DNA of 32,000 nucleotides from Pyrolobus fumarii 1A (GCF_000223395.1 NC_015931.1:330001-362000); one strand, 5' to 3'; numbered from the stretch's first letter, positions 17,224 to 26,539 are shown. Program-made: numbers and translations. Notes: generated by a model from the letters alone, not told the origin.

Positions 17224-18049
17224 TATCCACGCGCTCCGGGCTCATCGTGATAAAGCTCGTGCTTATCACGTCTACATTTAGCCTCGCGTACTCCAGTATA
17301 TTCTCGGATGTAATCCCCCCGCTCACCTCGACAACAACCCTGTCGCGAAGACCGCGCTTCTCAAGCTCCTCGAGGATAGCCCTGACCACGCTAGGCGGCT
17401 GGTTATCTATCAGGATGGCATCAGCCCCCGTCTCGACGGCGGCCAACGCCTCCTCAACATTATGGACCTCCACCTCCACGCGATGCACGAAACTCTTCCG
17501 CCCAACTACTCTCCTTACAGCCTCCCCAACCGACCCGATGAGTGCAACGTGGTTATCCTTGACTAGTATAGCATCGCTAAGCGTGAGACGGTGAGTGTCA
17601 CCACCGCCCGCCTCAACAGCCCTCTTTGAACAATAGCGGAAACCCGGCACAGTCTTCCTCGTCGCGGCGACCCTAACCCGCGGGTTAACCCTCCTAACCA
17701 TCTCCACCAGGCGCCTAGTAGTAGTCGCGATAGAGCATGCGTATATGAGCGTGTTGAGCGTTACACGCTCAACCTCTAGAATCGTTGCAGCATCGCCAAC
17801 AAGAAGCATCATGTCCGAGCCCGGCTCGACCCACTCTCCGCTACGAGCTTGAAGCTCAACACTCAGCCCGAGCCTCTCCAGGCTATATGCAACCTCCTCT
17901 ACACAGGCAGCTACACAGCCGCTCTTGCAGACGATTCTCCCCCGAGCCTTAACACCACGTAGCCTCACAGCCTCCGTGGTCAAATCCCACTCCGGGATAT
18001 CCTCGCGAAGCCAGCGGAGAAACTCGCGGTAGAATAGCTCGTAGCTCAA
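17153..18049 (-). CDS. nadC: Nicotinate-nucleotide pyrophosphorylase (quinolinate phosphoribosyltransferase)
   Basis: 298 aa. LREDIPEWDLTTE, ATRKTVPGFR, GGGDTHRLTLSDAILVKDNH, EVEVHNVEEA, ILIDN, VEVSGGI, DVISTSFIT. TTG start. The last 20 aa or so form a non-conserved tail that overlaps the convergent gene. Confidence 0.88.
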   Translation of the reverse strand: MSYELFYREFLRWLREDIPEWDLTTEAVRLRGVKARGRIVCKSGCVAACVEEVAYSLERLGLSVELQARSGEWVEPGSDMMLLVGDAATILEVERVTLNTLIYACSIATTTRRLVEMVRRVNPRVRVAATRKTVPGFRYCSKRAVEAGGGDTHRLTLSDAILVKDNHVALIGSVGEAVRRVVGRKSFVHRVEVEVHNVEEALAAVETGADAILIDNQPPSVVRAILEELEKRGLRDRVVVEVSGGITSENILEYARLNVDVISTSFITMSPERVDISLVVEPLDNRREGGSPGTRALS

Positions 18050-18081
18050 AAGCTTCTATCCCGATTTGACAAACACGGGCA

Positions 18082-19398
18082 TTGCAGCTTAGCTTTATCC
18101 CCTTTCGAGGCCGTCTAGGGGAGGGTACAGCTCCTTTGAAGCTGAGTGGAGGCTACGGCCCGGTACTCGACCACGCTGAGCTTGAGCGTCTGCTCTATGC
18201 GCTTGCGAGGAGCGTCATTATCGATGGTCGTGGGGGTAGGGAGGCCCCCGCGGTGTTCATCTGGGGGCCGCCTGGCGTCGGGAAGAGCGACACTGTGAGG
18301 AGGGTTGCGGCACGCTTAGCAGAGGAGAGTGGCAGGCGACTAGTTGAGTACGAGGGTGTCGAGACACACCGCATGGTGAGCAAGGAGCCAGAGAAGTACC
18401 TGGTGCTGGTCGACATAAGGGCATCCCAGCTTGAGCCGAGTGACGTCCAGGGGCTTCCGAGGCTTGTGGAGGAGGATGGTGCAGTCTACACCGTGTGGGC
18501 AGCTCCCCTATGGGCTCGCATACTCTCCCTTCCCGGGATAGCGGGGATATTGTTCCTCGACGAGGTCAACCTTGCATCACCATTAGTCCAGGCAGCTCTA
18601 TACCAGGTTATACTCGAGAGGAGAGTTGGATCACTTCACCTCTCTAACCGCGTATTCGTCGTTGCCGCGGGTAACCGAGAGCAGATAGACAACCCATATG
18701 CACGCCCATTAGCACCGCCCCTCGCAAACCGCTTTGTGCACGTTACGCTAGAGTGTCCGGACCCCACCTCCTGGCTACGCTGGGCGGAGGCTAACGGGGT
18801 GCACCCCTGGATACGCGAGTATATCGCGTCCAGTGCCGCTGGCGGCAAGAACCCGTTGTGCGGCATGAGGGCTGTCGGTGAGAGCCACGCGTTCCCAACT
18901 CCACGTAGCTGGGAGTTTGCAAGCAGTCTACTCAAGAGGTGTCAGGAGGCGGGTGGATGTAAGCGCATCGAAGACGATGACACAGTGATGATGATTGCTG
19001 CTGCGGTAGGCAACCATGCCGCCAACGAGTGGAAGATCTGGGCCGAGGTTATGAGGGGTCTCCCATCCCCCAAGACACTCGCAAAGAACCCGGAGAAGCT
19101 CGCTGAGGTGCTCTCTAGCGTAAGGGCGCGTGGCGAGAGCATGGCAGCCTACTATATACTCGCTAGGGTCGCCTACGCGGCTCTAGACGACCCAGAGGTA
19201 TACGCTAACTTCCTCCTCTCGCTGGAGAACGTGATACGCAAGGCGAGGCTCACAACCGACTACTTTAACGCCATAGTGAGCCTCACGCATCCCCTGGCAC
19301 GCGATAAGCTCGAGAAGTTGCGCTCCAAGAACCCCAAGCTATACCAGCAGCTCAACGCCCTCCTGACAAGATACTACACGATGCAGCCGGTGATGTAG
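18082..19398 (+). CDS. MoxR-type AAA+ ATPase (AAA_5-like) with a long helical C-terminal region
   Basis: Walker A GPPGVGKS (18265..18288), Walker B GILFLDEVN, sensor-region VVAAGN, and PLANRF (arginine-finger region). About 190 aa follow the AAA module. An alternative TTG start at 18136 would leave room for a promoter (ctttatcc at about 18093). Confidence 0.75.
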   Translation: MQLSFIPFRGRLGEGTAPLKLSGGYGPVLDHAELERLLYALARSVIIDGRGGREAPAVFIWGPPGVGKSDTVRRVAARLAEESGRRLVEYEGVETHRMVSKEPEKYLVLVDIRASQLEPSDVQGLPRLVEEDGAVYTVWAAPLWARILSLPGIAGILFLDEVNLASPLVQAALYQVILERRVGSLHLSNRVFVVAAGNREQIDNPYARPLAPPLANRFVHVTLECPDPTSWLRWAEANGVHPWIREYIASSAAGGKNPLCGMRAVGESHAFPTPRSWEFASSLLKRCQEAGGCKRIEDDDTVMMIAAAVGNHAANEWKIWAEVMRGLPSPKTLAKNPEKLAEVLSSVRARGESMAAYYILARVAYAALDDPEVYANFLLSLENVIRKARLTTDYFNAIVSLTHPLARDKLEKLRSKNPKLYQQLNALLTRYYTMQPVM

Positions 19399-19400
19399 AC

Positions 19401-20744
19401 TTGCTAGGCTTACCCTTCTTTGCTGTCTCGTGGCGCTCCCTCATAGAGAGGGCACGCGCCCGCATATGCGGTGCAGATCGTGTACTCTGTGGTATACTCC
19501 TAGCTCTCAAGCCAGTCGAGGCTCCCGGCCTTGGCACGCTAGGGGTCACGAAGGATGGTAGGCTACTCGTCGACCCTAAGGCGGTAATGGAGTATACGCT
19601 GCACGGTAGGCGTATAGAGGAACTAGCGAGGATACTTGTTCACGAGGCGCTACACGTACTCTTCTTGCACCCAGAGCGTTGCGAGAAACTAGGAGACTTG
19701 AACATATGCAACGTGGCAGCTGACGCCATCGTCGAGGCTACTATCGAGGAGAGTGTTAGGGGTGACCCGTCTCTCGCGAGAACGCTAGGATTCTACACGG
19801 AGGATGGCGTGCTTAACGCGCCACGCCCCGGTAGCGAGTATCACAAGAGGCTAGAGGCTCTGCGCGAGTTTCTAGAGAAGTGCGGTGTGCCATGGGACAT
19901 GGTGTTAGACGAGACTCTCGAAAGTATCTACAAGAAGCTAGAGGCTTGTCTCAGGAAGAAGGGCGGCGCGCCCGCCAAGAGTATAGACTCTCACCCGTGG
20001 GGCGGCGCCCAGCCGTCAATCGTAGCGCCGAGAGGAGGAAGCATCAGCAGTGGTCGTGAACAGCTTGGCGAGATAGCTCGCATGGCGGCCAAGATGGTCG
20101 AGGAGGGTGGCGGTGCAGGACCTAGTGGCATCGCGGGCAAACTGCCTGGCGTCGTGCCCGGCGAGTGGGAGAACGTACTCGAGCTTACCGGGCTACGTGC
20201 AAAGCTAAACTGGAGGCAGCTGCTACAAAGGCTTCTCGACCGCTACGCGCCCCTCGACTATACCTGGAGAAGGCCAAGTAGGAGGAGCGAGGCTCTACGC
20301 GTCTACCTGCCCGGGCCTCTCAAGAGAGGATGGAAGATAACAGTGGCGCTCGATACCAGCGGGAGCATAGAGGACGACGAGTACAGAGAGTTCCTCGCGG
20401 CGCTATACGAGCTTCTCGCTGACCGCCCCGTTGAGACGCTAGTTGTCGTAGAGGCCGACGTGAGGGTGCAAAGAATGCAGGTCTTCACCGACCCGCCGCC
20501 ACCAGCGGTCATAGAGTGGGCGAGGAGGAGACGAGGATACGGCGGTACAGTCTTCAGCACAGTGATAGACGAGATACTCGAGAAGCACCCCGACACAGAC
20601 CTCATCATATACTTTACCGACGGGTACGGCTACTACCCCAAGACCCAGCCAAGAGTCCCCATCATCTGGGTCATCTCTAGGAGGGGTGTCAAGCCGGGTA
20701 GCCGCTACTGGCCACCCATTGGCCACGTCGTGAAAATCGAGTGA
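19401..20744 (+). CDS. HExxH (zincin-like) N-terminal domain + C-terminal VWA domain protein (I recall this architecture as Pfam DUF2201)
   Basis: LVHEALHVLFLH has HEALH at 19641..19655. VWA MIDAS motif VALDTSGSI has DTSGS at 20352..20366. The TTG start lies 2 nt after the ATPase stop. Confidence 0.7.
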   Translation: MLGLPFFAVSWRSLIERARARICGADRVLCGILLALKPVEAPGLGTLGVTKDGRLLVDPKAVMEYTLHGRRIEELARILVHEALHVLFLHPERCEKLGDLNICNVAADAIVEATIEESVRGDPSLARTLGFYTEDGVLNAPRPGSEYHKRLEALREFLEKCGVPWDMVLDETLESIYKKLEACLRKKGGAPAKSIDSHPWGGAQPSIVAPRGGSISSGREQLGEIARMAAKMVEEGGGAGPSGIAGKLPGVVPGEWENVLELTGLRAKLNWRQLLQRLLDRYAPLDYTWRRPSRRSEALRVYLPGPLKRGWKITVALDTSGSIEDDEYREFLAALYELLADRPVETLVVVEADVRVQRMQVFTDPPPPAVIEWARRRRGYGGTVFSTVIDEILEKHPDTDLIIYFTDGYGYYPKTQPRVPIIWVISRRGVKPGSRYWPPIGHVVKIE

Positions 20745-20797
20745 TAGGTGCGTGCCCTATAACACCGGGGGCTTCTCGAGCCAGCGCGGGGACACGC

Positions 20798-21610
20798 ATG
20801 CTCCTAGTCGTAAAGGCTGGAGGAAGAGCCCTCGAGCAGAACATGGAGCGTATACTCGACTCGATAGCGTGGGCAGTGCAGGAGGGCCACAAGGTAGTAT
20901 TCGTGCATGGTGGCGGTGACCTGGTAACCGAGTACTCCAAGAAGATGGGGGTCGAGCCAAAGATAATGATGTCTGCAAGCGGAGTTCGCTTCCGCTACAC
21001 TGATGAGGAAGAGCTAGAGGTATTCGTGATGGTGCTGGCAGGTCTGCTCAACAAGAGGATTGTCGCAGGTCTCGAGAAACGCGGTGTGAAGGCTCTAGGC
21101 GTTAGCGGTGTGGATGCAGGCATGATCCGCGCCGAGAGAAAGAAGCACGTGATCGTTATCGACCCGGAGACCGGGAGGAAGAGGCTACTGCCAGGCGGCT
21201 ATACGGGCAAGATAAGAAGCGTAGATGCAAACGCGATGACTAGACTATTAGATGCAGGATTCACGCTGGTAGTCGCACCCCTAGCACTAGGCACTGAAGG
21301 CGAGATGCTCAACGTGGATGGCGACCAGGCCGCGGCAGAGATAGCGAAGGCACTAAGAGCCGACAAGTTAATCCTTCTCACAGACGTCGACGGACTGCTG
21401 ATTGATGGCAAGCTTGTGGAGAGCCTTACACCGGATGAGGCCAGAGCGCTGCTAGAAAAGATAGGGCCTGGCATGAACCGAAAGGTGATGATGGCAGTCG
21501 AGGCTCTAGAGGCTGGAGTTGGCGAGGTCGTGATAGGCTCGGGGCTACGTGAAAACCCGATACGCGAGCTGCTAGAAGGGGCCCCAGCCACTAGGCTAGC
21601 CAGAGGATGA
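20798..21610 (+). CDS. lysZ: Amino-acid kinase family: [LysW]-aminoadipate/glutamate kinase or N-acetylglutamate kinase
   Basis: MLLVVKAGG, VFVHGGG, NVDGDQAAAEIA, LILLTDVDGL, and GMNRKVMMAVEALEAGVGEVVIGSGLRENPI, which closely resembles the Thermus LysZ C-terminus as I recall it. The ORF is open from GTG 20741, which overlaps the upstream stop. Confidence 0.75.
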   Translation: MLLVVKAGGRALEQNMERILDSIAWAVQEGHKVVFVHGGGDLVTEYSKKMGVEPKIMMSASGVRFRYTDEEELEVFVMVLAGLLNKRIVAGLEKRGVKALGVSGVDAGMIRAERKKHVIVIDPETGRKRLLPGGYTGKIRSVDANAMTRLLDAGFTLVVAPLALGTEGEMLNVDGDQAAAEIAKALRADKLILLTDVDGLLIDGKLVESLTPDEARALLEKIGPGMNRKVMMAVEALEAGVGEVVIGSGLRENPIRELLEGAPATRLARG

Positions 21611-21702
21611 GATGAGAGAAAACAAGAAGTGTAGCACAAAACACAGGTATACTAAAAAGCAAGCCGAGGTGCAAGAGAATAGGGCTCCGCGGGGTCAGTC
21701 TT

Positions 21703-23934
21703 TTAGATGACCATCCTCTTGAGCTCTCTCGCAAGCCTCTCGTAGCGGAGTATATCCTCTCTCGTTAGGCTCGGCGGCACTGCTTTCAGCGCCTTGAGGA
21801 AGTGCTCCATGCGCACTGGTTGCGGCTTTAGACCCTGGCCCTTCTGGATAGCCTCCCTAAGCGCTATCATTGCGGCTTCACGGCACACAGCCTCAATGTC
21901 AGCGCCCGTGTAGCCCTCTGTCATCTCGGCAAGCTTCTCTAGGTCCACGTCGTCAGCCAGCGGCATCTTCCTAGTGTGTATCCTAAAGATCTCTAGCCTC
22001 GCCTTCTTGTCTGGCGGTGGCACATAGATGAGACGGTCGAATCTGCCTGGTCTGAGCAGCGCCGGGTCTAGGATGTCCGGCCTGTTAGTGGCAGCAATCA
22101 CAACCACATTCTGAAGCGGCACGATGCCGTCCATCTCGGTAAGCAGCTGGTTCACAATCCTGTCCGTCACGCCGCTAGTGTCGTGCCTCATGCCCCTAGC
22201 TGGTGCAATGGCGTCAATCTCGTCGAAGAAGATGATGGTTGGTGCTACTTGTCTCGCCCTCCTGAATATCTCTCGTATTGCTTTTTCGCTTTCGCCTACC
22301 CACTTTGAGAGTATCTCTGGGCCTCTCACGGCTATGAAGTTGGCGCCGCTCTCGGTTGCAGCGGCCTTCGCGAGCAGGGTCTTGCCGACACCCGGCGGGC
22401 CGAAGAGCAGAATCCCCTTCGGCGGACGAATACCCATCGACTCGAATACCTCTGGGTGCTTCAAGGGCCACTCCACAGCCTCACGAAGCTGCTGCTTAAC
22501 ATCCTCAAGACCACCAATATCATCCCAATGCACCTCAGGAACCTCAACATAGATCTCTCTGATGAGGCTCGGCTGTATCACCTTCATTGCATCGAGGAAG
22601 TCCTTCATTGTCACGACGAGCTTGCGGAGGGTCTCGGTGGGTATCGGCTTGTTGAGATCTATCTGGCCGCTCTTGATGAACCTCCTTAGCGCGTTCATCG
22701 CGGCCTCTTTGACGAGTGCTGCTAGGTCGGCGCCAGTGTAGCCGTGCGTCATCTCGGCAATCCTATCCAGGTCTACCACGTCGCCAGGGCTGCATAGGCC
22801 CTCCTTGACCTTCTGCTCGTCACAGAGGGGCACATTCCTCACGTGAACCAGGAGTATCTCCTTGCGTGCCCTCTTGTCTGGAGGCCTGATCTCGATCTCT
22901 CTGTCGAACCTGCCGGGCCTCCTAAGCGCCGGGTCAATGGCGTCCGGCCTGTTAGTAGCGCCGATAACGATGACCTTGCCGCGCTCCTTGAGGCCATCCA
23001 TTAGGGTTAGGAGCTGGGCGACAACACGCTTCTCGACCTCGCCTGTTACCTCCTCGCGCTTCGGTGCAATCGCGTCAATCTCGTCGATGAAGATGATTGC
23101 TGGGGCGTTCTTCTCGGCCTCCTCGAATATCTCGCGTAGCCTCTGCTCGGACTCGCCGTAGTACTTGCTCATTATCTCCGGGCCGTTGATAGCAATGAAG
23201 TAGGCTCCAATCTCGTTAGCAAGTGCTTTCGCGAGTAGCGTCTTGCCTACACCGGGAGGCCCATAGAGCAGGATACCCTTCGGAGGCTCGATACCAAGGT
23301 GCTTGAAGAGCTCCGGGTGCTTCAATGGCAGCTCGACTATCTCGCGTATCCTCTCCTTTGCCTCCTCAAGGTCGCCGATATCCTCCCAGGTTACTCTCGG
23401 TATCTTCCTGCGCACCTGCTCCTCCTTCACAGGCTCCTCGCGCAGCTCCACCTCGGTCTGCTCGGTGATGTAGACAGCCTGGCCAGGCTGCGTCGAGACG
23501 ACGACCAGGCGTAGTGCAGAGCCGAAGAAGGGTATGATGACGACCTCTCCGCGGGTAACTGGGCGCCTAAGGAGGAACTCCTTCACGTACTCGACGAAGT
23601 CGCGGGATACGGGTATTCTCTCTGTGGGGGCAAGGACAACACGGATAGCAGGTTGCACCTTAGCCTTCCTGACAGTCACGTAGTCCCCGATGCCCACGCC
23701 AATAGCCTCGCGTATGTAGCCATCTATCCTTATGATGCTCTTGCCCTCCTCGTCTGGCGGCAGCGGCCAGACCTGCGCCACAGCCGTACCCTTTGGACCC
23801 TCAATCTCTATGAAGTCCCCGACCTCGACGCCAAGCTGCCTCATCGTACGCCTATCAATCCTGGCTATCTTCCTGCCAACGTCCTTCGACCGCGCCTCTG
23901 CAACGCGGAGGCGGACTTCTCTCGTCTCGGGCAC
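21703..23934 (-). CDS. cdc48: CDC48/VCP-like AAA+ ATPase (N domain + D1 + D2)
   Basis: 743 aa. Two complete AAA modules, each with [13 protein letters not shown] and IIF(I/F)DEIDAIAP, plus a double-psi-barrel-type N domain. GTG start, preceded by GAGGTG about 10 nt upstream. Confidence 0.92.
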   Translation of the reverse strand: MPETREVRLRVAEARSKDVGRKIARIDRRTMRQLGVEVGDFIEIEGPKGTAVAQVWPLPPDEEGKSIIRIDGYIREAIGVGIGDYVTVRKAKVQPAIRVVLAPTERIPVSRDFVEYVKEFLLRRPVTRGEVVIIPFFGSALRLVVVSTQPGQAVYITEQTEVELREEPVKEEQVRRKIPRVTWEDIGDLEEAKERIREIVELPLKHPELFKHLGIEPPKGILLYGPPGVGKTLLAKALANEIGAYFIAINGPEIMSKYYGESEQRLREIFEEAEKNAPAIIFIDEIDAIAPKREEVTGEVEKRVVAQLLTLMDGLKERGKVIVIGATNRPDAIDPALRRPGRFDREIEIRPPDKRARKEILLVHVRNVPLCDEQKVKEGLCSPGDVVDLDRIAEMTHGYTGADLAALVKEAAMNALRRFIKSGQIDLNKPIPTETLRKLVVTMKDFLDAMKVIQPSLIREIYVEVPEVHWDDIGGLEDVKQQLREAVEWPLKHPEVFESMGIRPPKGILLFGPPGVGKTLLAKAAATESGANFIAVRGPEILSKWVGESEKAIREIFRRARQVAPTIIFFDEIDAIAPARGMRHDTSGVTDRIVNQLLTEMDGIVPLQNVVVIAATNRPDILDPALLRPGRFDRLIYVPPPDKKARLEIFRIHTRKMPLADDVDLEKLAEMTEGYTGADIEAVCREAAMIALREAIQKGQGLKPQPVRMEHFLKALKAVPPSLTREDILRYERLARELKRMVI

Positions 23935-23976
23935 TCTGGTGGCACCTCAGTTACAATGTTCTAGTGGTAACCTCCG

Positions 23977-23985
23977 TTTTAAATA
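23977..23985 (-). promoter_or_regulatory. TATA box (minus strand TATTTAAAA) for cdc48
   Basis: Minus strand reads gcgcgTATTTAAAAcgg, ending 42 nt upstream of the GTG start. This leaves a leader of about 20 nt containing GAGGTG. Confidence 0.45.
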
Positions 23986-24076
23986 CGCGCCTTAACGTGG
24001 TAGCCTCTCGGCCGTACGCGGGGTGTGAGAGCTGCCCGCCTGCCTTGAAACGCTGCGCGGTCTGCGCGAGGCTCTG

Positions 24077-24544
24077 GTGAAGAGTCTAGGCATAGAGGCC
24101 AGGCTAGAAGAGGACATCGGGGTGCTGGGTTACCCGTTCCGCGACCCCGAGACGGGCCTGGAGATGCTGGTGGCGGCGGTGTGTGACTCGGACAGGCTAC
24201 GGGTAACGGTGGTGGCTCGTAACTACCGGAGCGTGGTTGTCGAGAGACTCGGGCGGGAGGCAGCATGCAAGCTACTATGGGCTGCCTCAACGGTCGCCCC
24301 GATCACAAAGGTGTCGGTGGGTGTGGGCGTAGAGGGCGAGTTCTACATGGAATTGTGGGCCCCGATGCTCAGCGAGCCCAGCGTAGAGGAGGGCTTGTCA
24401 GCCTTCATGGCCGGCCTGGGCTTAGCCTCGTGGCTCCGTGACCAGGTGAAGAGGGTGCAAGAGGGCTACGAGCCTATACCGTTGGCTCTCGCCGTGCTGG
24501 CCGCAACCCAGCAGAGCGGCGGCTCGGGACAACCTCAAGGATGA
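24077..24544 (+). CDS. Hypothetical protein
   Basis: 155-aa ORF with a GTG start and codon usage like neighbouring genes. I recognise no family. Its 3' end overlaps the convergent ORF by 71 nt. Confidence 0.4.
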   Translation: MKSLGIEARLEEDIGVLGYPFRDPETGLEMLVAAVCDSDRLRVTVVARNYRSVVVERLGREAACKLLWAASTVAPITKVSVGVGVEGEFYMELWAPMLSEPSVEEGLSAFMAGLGLASWLRDQVKRVQEGYEPIPLALAVLAATQQSGGSGQPQG

Positions 24545-24944
24545 GCGTCTCCAGCCCCTCAAACAGCCACTTGAACCTCTCGAACGTCTCGTAGTCGAGT
24601 AGGATGTCGTTGCTATCCCCTATCCTCGCGAAACGGAGGCCATCCAACGGGTTAGGCGGGGGGTCCGGCGCGTCTGCAAGCTCTCGCGGCTTCTCGCGCC
24701 CCACGTACCTCCACACGAGCCTCCCGTTGCGCCTCTCGAGGCGGTACCAGTAGCGCCCATAGTAGTGGTACTTCTTGCGGGTACCGTCGGCCAGCGTGTG
24801 ATACACTATGTGGAGGGGTTTGAGGTAGAACCCCGTGCCCGAGATGAGAGAGTTATAATGGTAGAGTTGCTCGCGATACTTCTCGAGAGCCTCCTTAACC
24901 CTCTCATACCCGCCCTTGACAAGCACAAGCCTCCTCATCCTCAA
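24474..24944 (-). CDS. Hypothetical protein with an aromatic/basic KKYHYYGRYWYRLERRNGRLVWRYVGREKP motif
   Basis: 156-aa ORF. The motif resembles the '...GPYWY...K..Y.GK' hairpin motif I recall from small proteins of mobile elements. That recollection is weak and is not a search result. Confidence 0.45.
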   Translation of the reverse strand: MRMRRLVLVKGGYERVKEALEKYREQLYHYNSLISGTGFYLKPLHIVYHTLADGTRKKYHYYGRYWYRLERRNGRLVWRYVGREKPRELADAPDPPPNPLDGLRFARIGDSNDILLDYETFERFKWLFEGLETLILEVVPSRRSAGLRPARREPTV

Positions 24945-25069
24945 CCCTAGCTACCCACCCCACCCGCTACACTATGCACGCCAGCCAGGGTTGCAGAGAG
25001 CCACCCCAGTAACACGGCAGGCAACCAACACATAGAGCGACGCCATCAACGGTATACGGGGCGGCGCGG

Positions 25070-25552
25070 ATGAAAGCCGAGATAATCTACTACGAGCCCG
25101 TCGAGATAACCGTGGGGCCGGTCAAACTCACCGTCCTACGCATAGCCAGACGGGAGGAAGTAGAGATAGGCGAGGAGAAGGACGTAAGCAGGCTCTACGA
25201 CAAGCTCACCCGCATAGTCTCAGAGGCCAGAAAGCGAGGCAGAAACCTAATCGTAGAGGCGAGAGTATCCAGCGAGGGCAAAGAGGCGGTATACGCGGAG
25301 TCCACGCTTGAAGGCGCAAAGACGCTCATCTACTACCGCCCAGCCAGGCTACGCGCAGTCACAGTAGTACGCGAGGGCCCAGGAGGCTCCAACCTGGCAA
25401 CAAGGCACCAAGTAACGAGAGAAATGTACGTCTACGAGGGGAAGGTGGAGGTCAAGGACCCCGAGGGAAAGGTAAAATTCGTGATAATAGAGACCGATGA
25501 TGGTAAGAGACTCTTGAGAAAAGGGGAATTCACGGTAGTAGCCAAACGCTAG
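25070..25552 (+). CDS. Hypothetical protein (beta-rich, Lys/Glu/Val-rich)
   Basis: 160-aa ORF with an ATG start and thermophile-like composition. I recognise no family. Confidence 0.45.
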   Translation: MKAEIIYYEPVEITVGPVKLTVLRIARREEVEIGEEKDVSRLYDKLTRIVSEARKRGRNLIVEARVSSEGKEAVYAESTLEGAKTLIYYRPARLRAVTVVREGPGGSNLATRHQVTREMYVYEGKVEVKDPEGKVKFVIIETDDGKRLLRKGEFTVVAKR

Positions 25553-25638
25553 GCAAGACGCGGGGCTACGATGAAAACAAAACTATACTAGCCGTAAACC
25601 ACATAACCCGTTTGTACGGAAATCACCTCGCGGACGGT

Positions 25639-25714
25639 GCCGCCGTAGCTCAGCTGGCAGAGCGCCGCCCTGGTAAGGCGGAGGTCCCGGGTTCAAATCC
25701 CGGCGGCGGCTCCA
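25639..25714 (+). tRNA. tRNA-Thr (GGT), encoded CCA
   Basis: Hand-folded cloverleaf. Acceptor GCCGCCG/CGGCGGC; D stem GCUC/GAGC; anticodon stem CCGCC/GGCGG with loop CUGGUAA; T stem CCGGG/CCCGG with loop UUCAAAU; discriminator U then CCA. Confidence 0.9.
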
Positions 25715-25916
25715 CTTCTATACCCACCACGGTTACAGCCGATATCCACTCTGTTGGCGAAACTCTAGATTACCTGATTCGGGGTGCCAGTCTATCCGGC
25801 TATGGCGAGTATCATCAAAATGAAGTGTAGTAGGTGCGTTTTGCGCTCTCGTCGTGCTTAGAAGGGGTTACGTACGTAAAATCCATGTTTGCGTTCCGTG
25901 CGTCTTGTGTCAGGTG

Positions 25917-25923
25917 TTTAAAG
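25917..25923 (+). promoter_or_regulatory. TATA-like box (tttaaag) for the RHH-PaREP1 gene; the transcript is probably leaderless
   Basis: ggtgTTTAAAGca lies about 25-30 nt upstream of the TTG/GTG start codons at 25947/25950. Confidence 0.4.
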
Positions 25924-25946
25924 CATCGTTCATCACGAGCATTTAA

Positions 25947-26444
25947 TTGGTGTATAGTGTGAGTGTTGTTGTAACGCTACCCCGGGTTATAGTCGAGCGT
26001 TTAAGGAGGGAGGCTGTGAGGCATGGGCTCACCCTAGAGGAGTACATGGTTGAGCTCCTCACTAGGAATCTCGATCCAGCAGAACGAGCACGTGAGTACA
26101 TCGTTGCTGCTAGGGAGCTGCTAGAGCAGGCTCGGAAGGAGGTGAAACGGGGCGATGCTAGGCAGGCTGCCGAGAAGGTTTGGGGTGCCACGGCTCTAGC
26201 CGTGAAGGCTTATGCTTCTTGGAGGGATGGTAGGAGGTTGGCAAGCCACGGGGAACTATGGGAGTATAAGAGGATTCTTGAGGATGAGCTTGGAGACTGG
26301 GTTAGTGACGCCTGGCACGCCGGGCAAACGATGCACGTATGTTTCTATGAAGGTTGGTGTAGTGTACGAGACGTCGAGAAGGCGTTGAAGCGTGTCGAGA
26401 AGCTCGTAGCCGAGGTGGAGAAGAGAATACTTGGTGTCAAATAG
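25947..26444 (+). CDS. Ribbon-helix-helix-like N-terminus fused to a PaREP1 family (HEPN-superfamily-like) domain
   Basis: The N-terminus VTLPRVIVERLRREAVRHGLTLEEYMVELL is a CopG/RHH-like pattern. The remainder is AARELLEQARKEVKRGDARQAAEKVWGATALAVKAYA...SHGELWEY...AWHAGQTMHVCFYEG, which matches the PaREP1 pattern as I recall it. Confidence 0.6.
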   Translation: MVYSVSVVVTLPRVIVERLRREAVRHGLTLEEYMVELLTRNLDPAERAREYIVAARELLEQARKEVKRGDARQAAEKVWGATALAVKAYASWRDGRRLASHGELWEYKRILEDELGDWVSDAWHAGQTMHVCFYEGWCSVRDVEKALKRVEKLVAEVEKRILGVK

Positions 26445-26539
26445 GACGTGATAGTGGGTAACTTGGCTGGATACGAGGTGTTGCTTCTAAAAATAGTCTA
26501 CCTACACATTATGTACGAGGTGCTCCACCCGATGTTCTC

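Noticed and set aside
23979-24290. 103-aa minus-strand ORF upstream of cdc48
   Set aside because: It is Pro/Arg-rich (PPPLP, PPPPASPGPSRGRG) and covers the cdc48 TATA box. It lies antisense to the more coding-like plus-strand ORF 24077..24544.
25612-25830. 72-aa plus-strand ORF
   Set aside because: It reads straight through the tRNA-Thr gene at 25639..25714.
25910-25936. Perfect GUGAUGA on the minus strand, followed by CUGA
   Set aside because: The spacing is 16 nt rather than about 12, no C'/D pair follows, and the sequence overlaps the TATA region of the RHH-PaREP1 gene.
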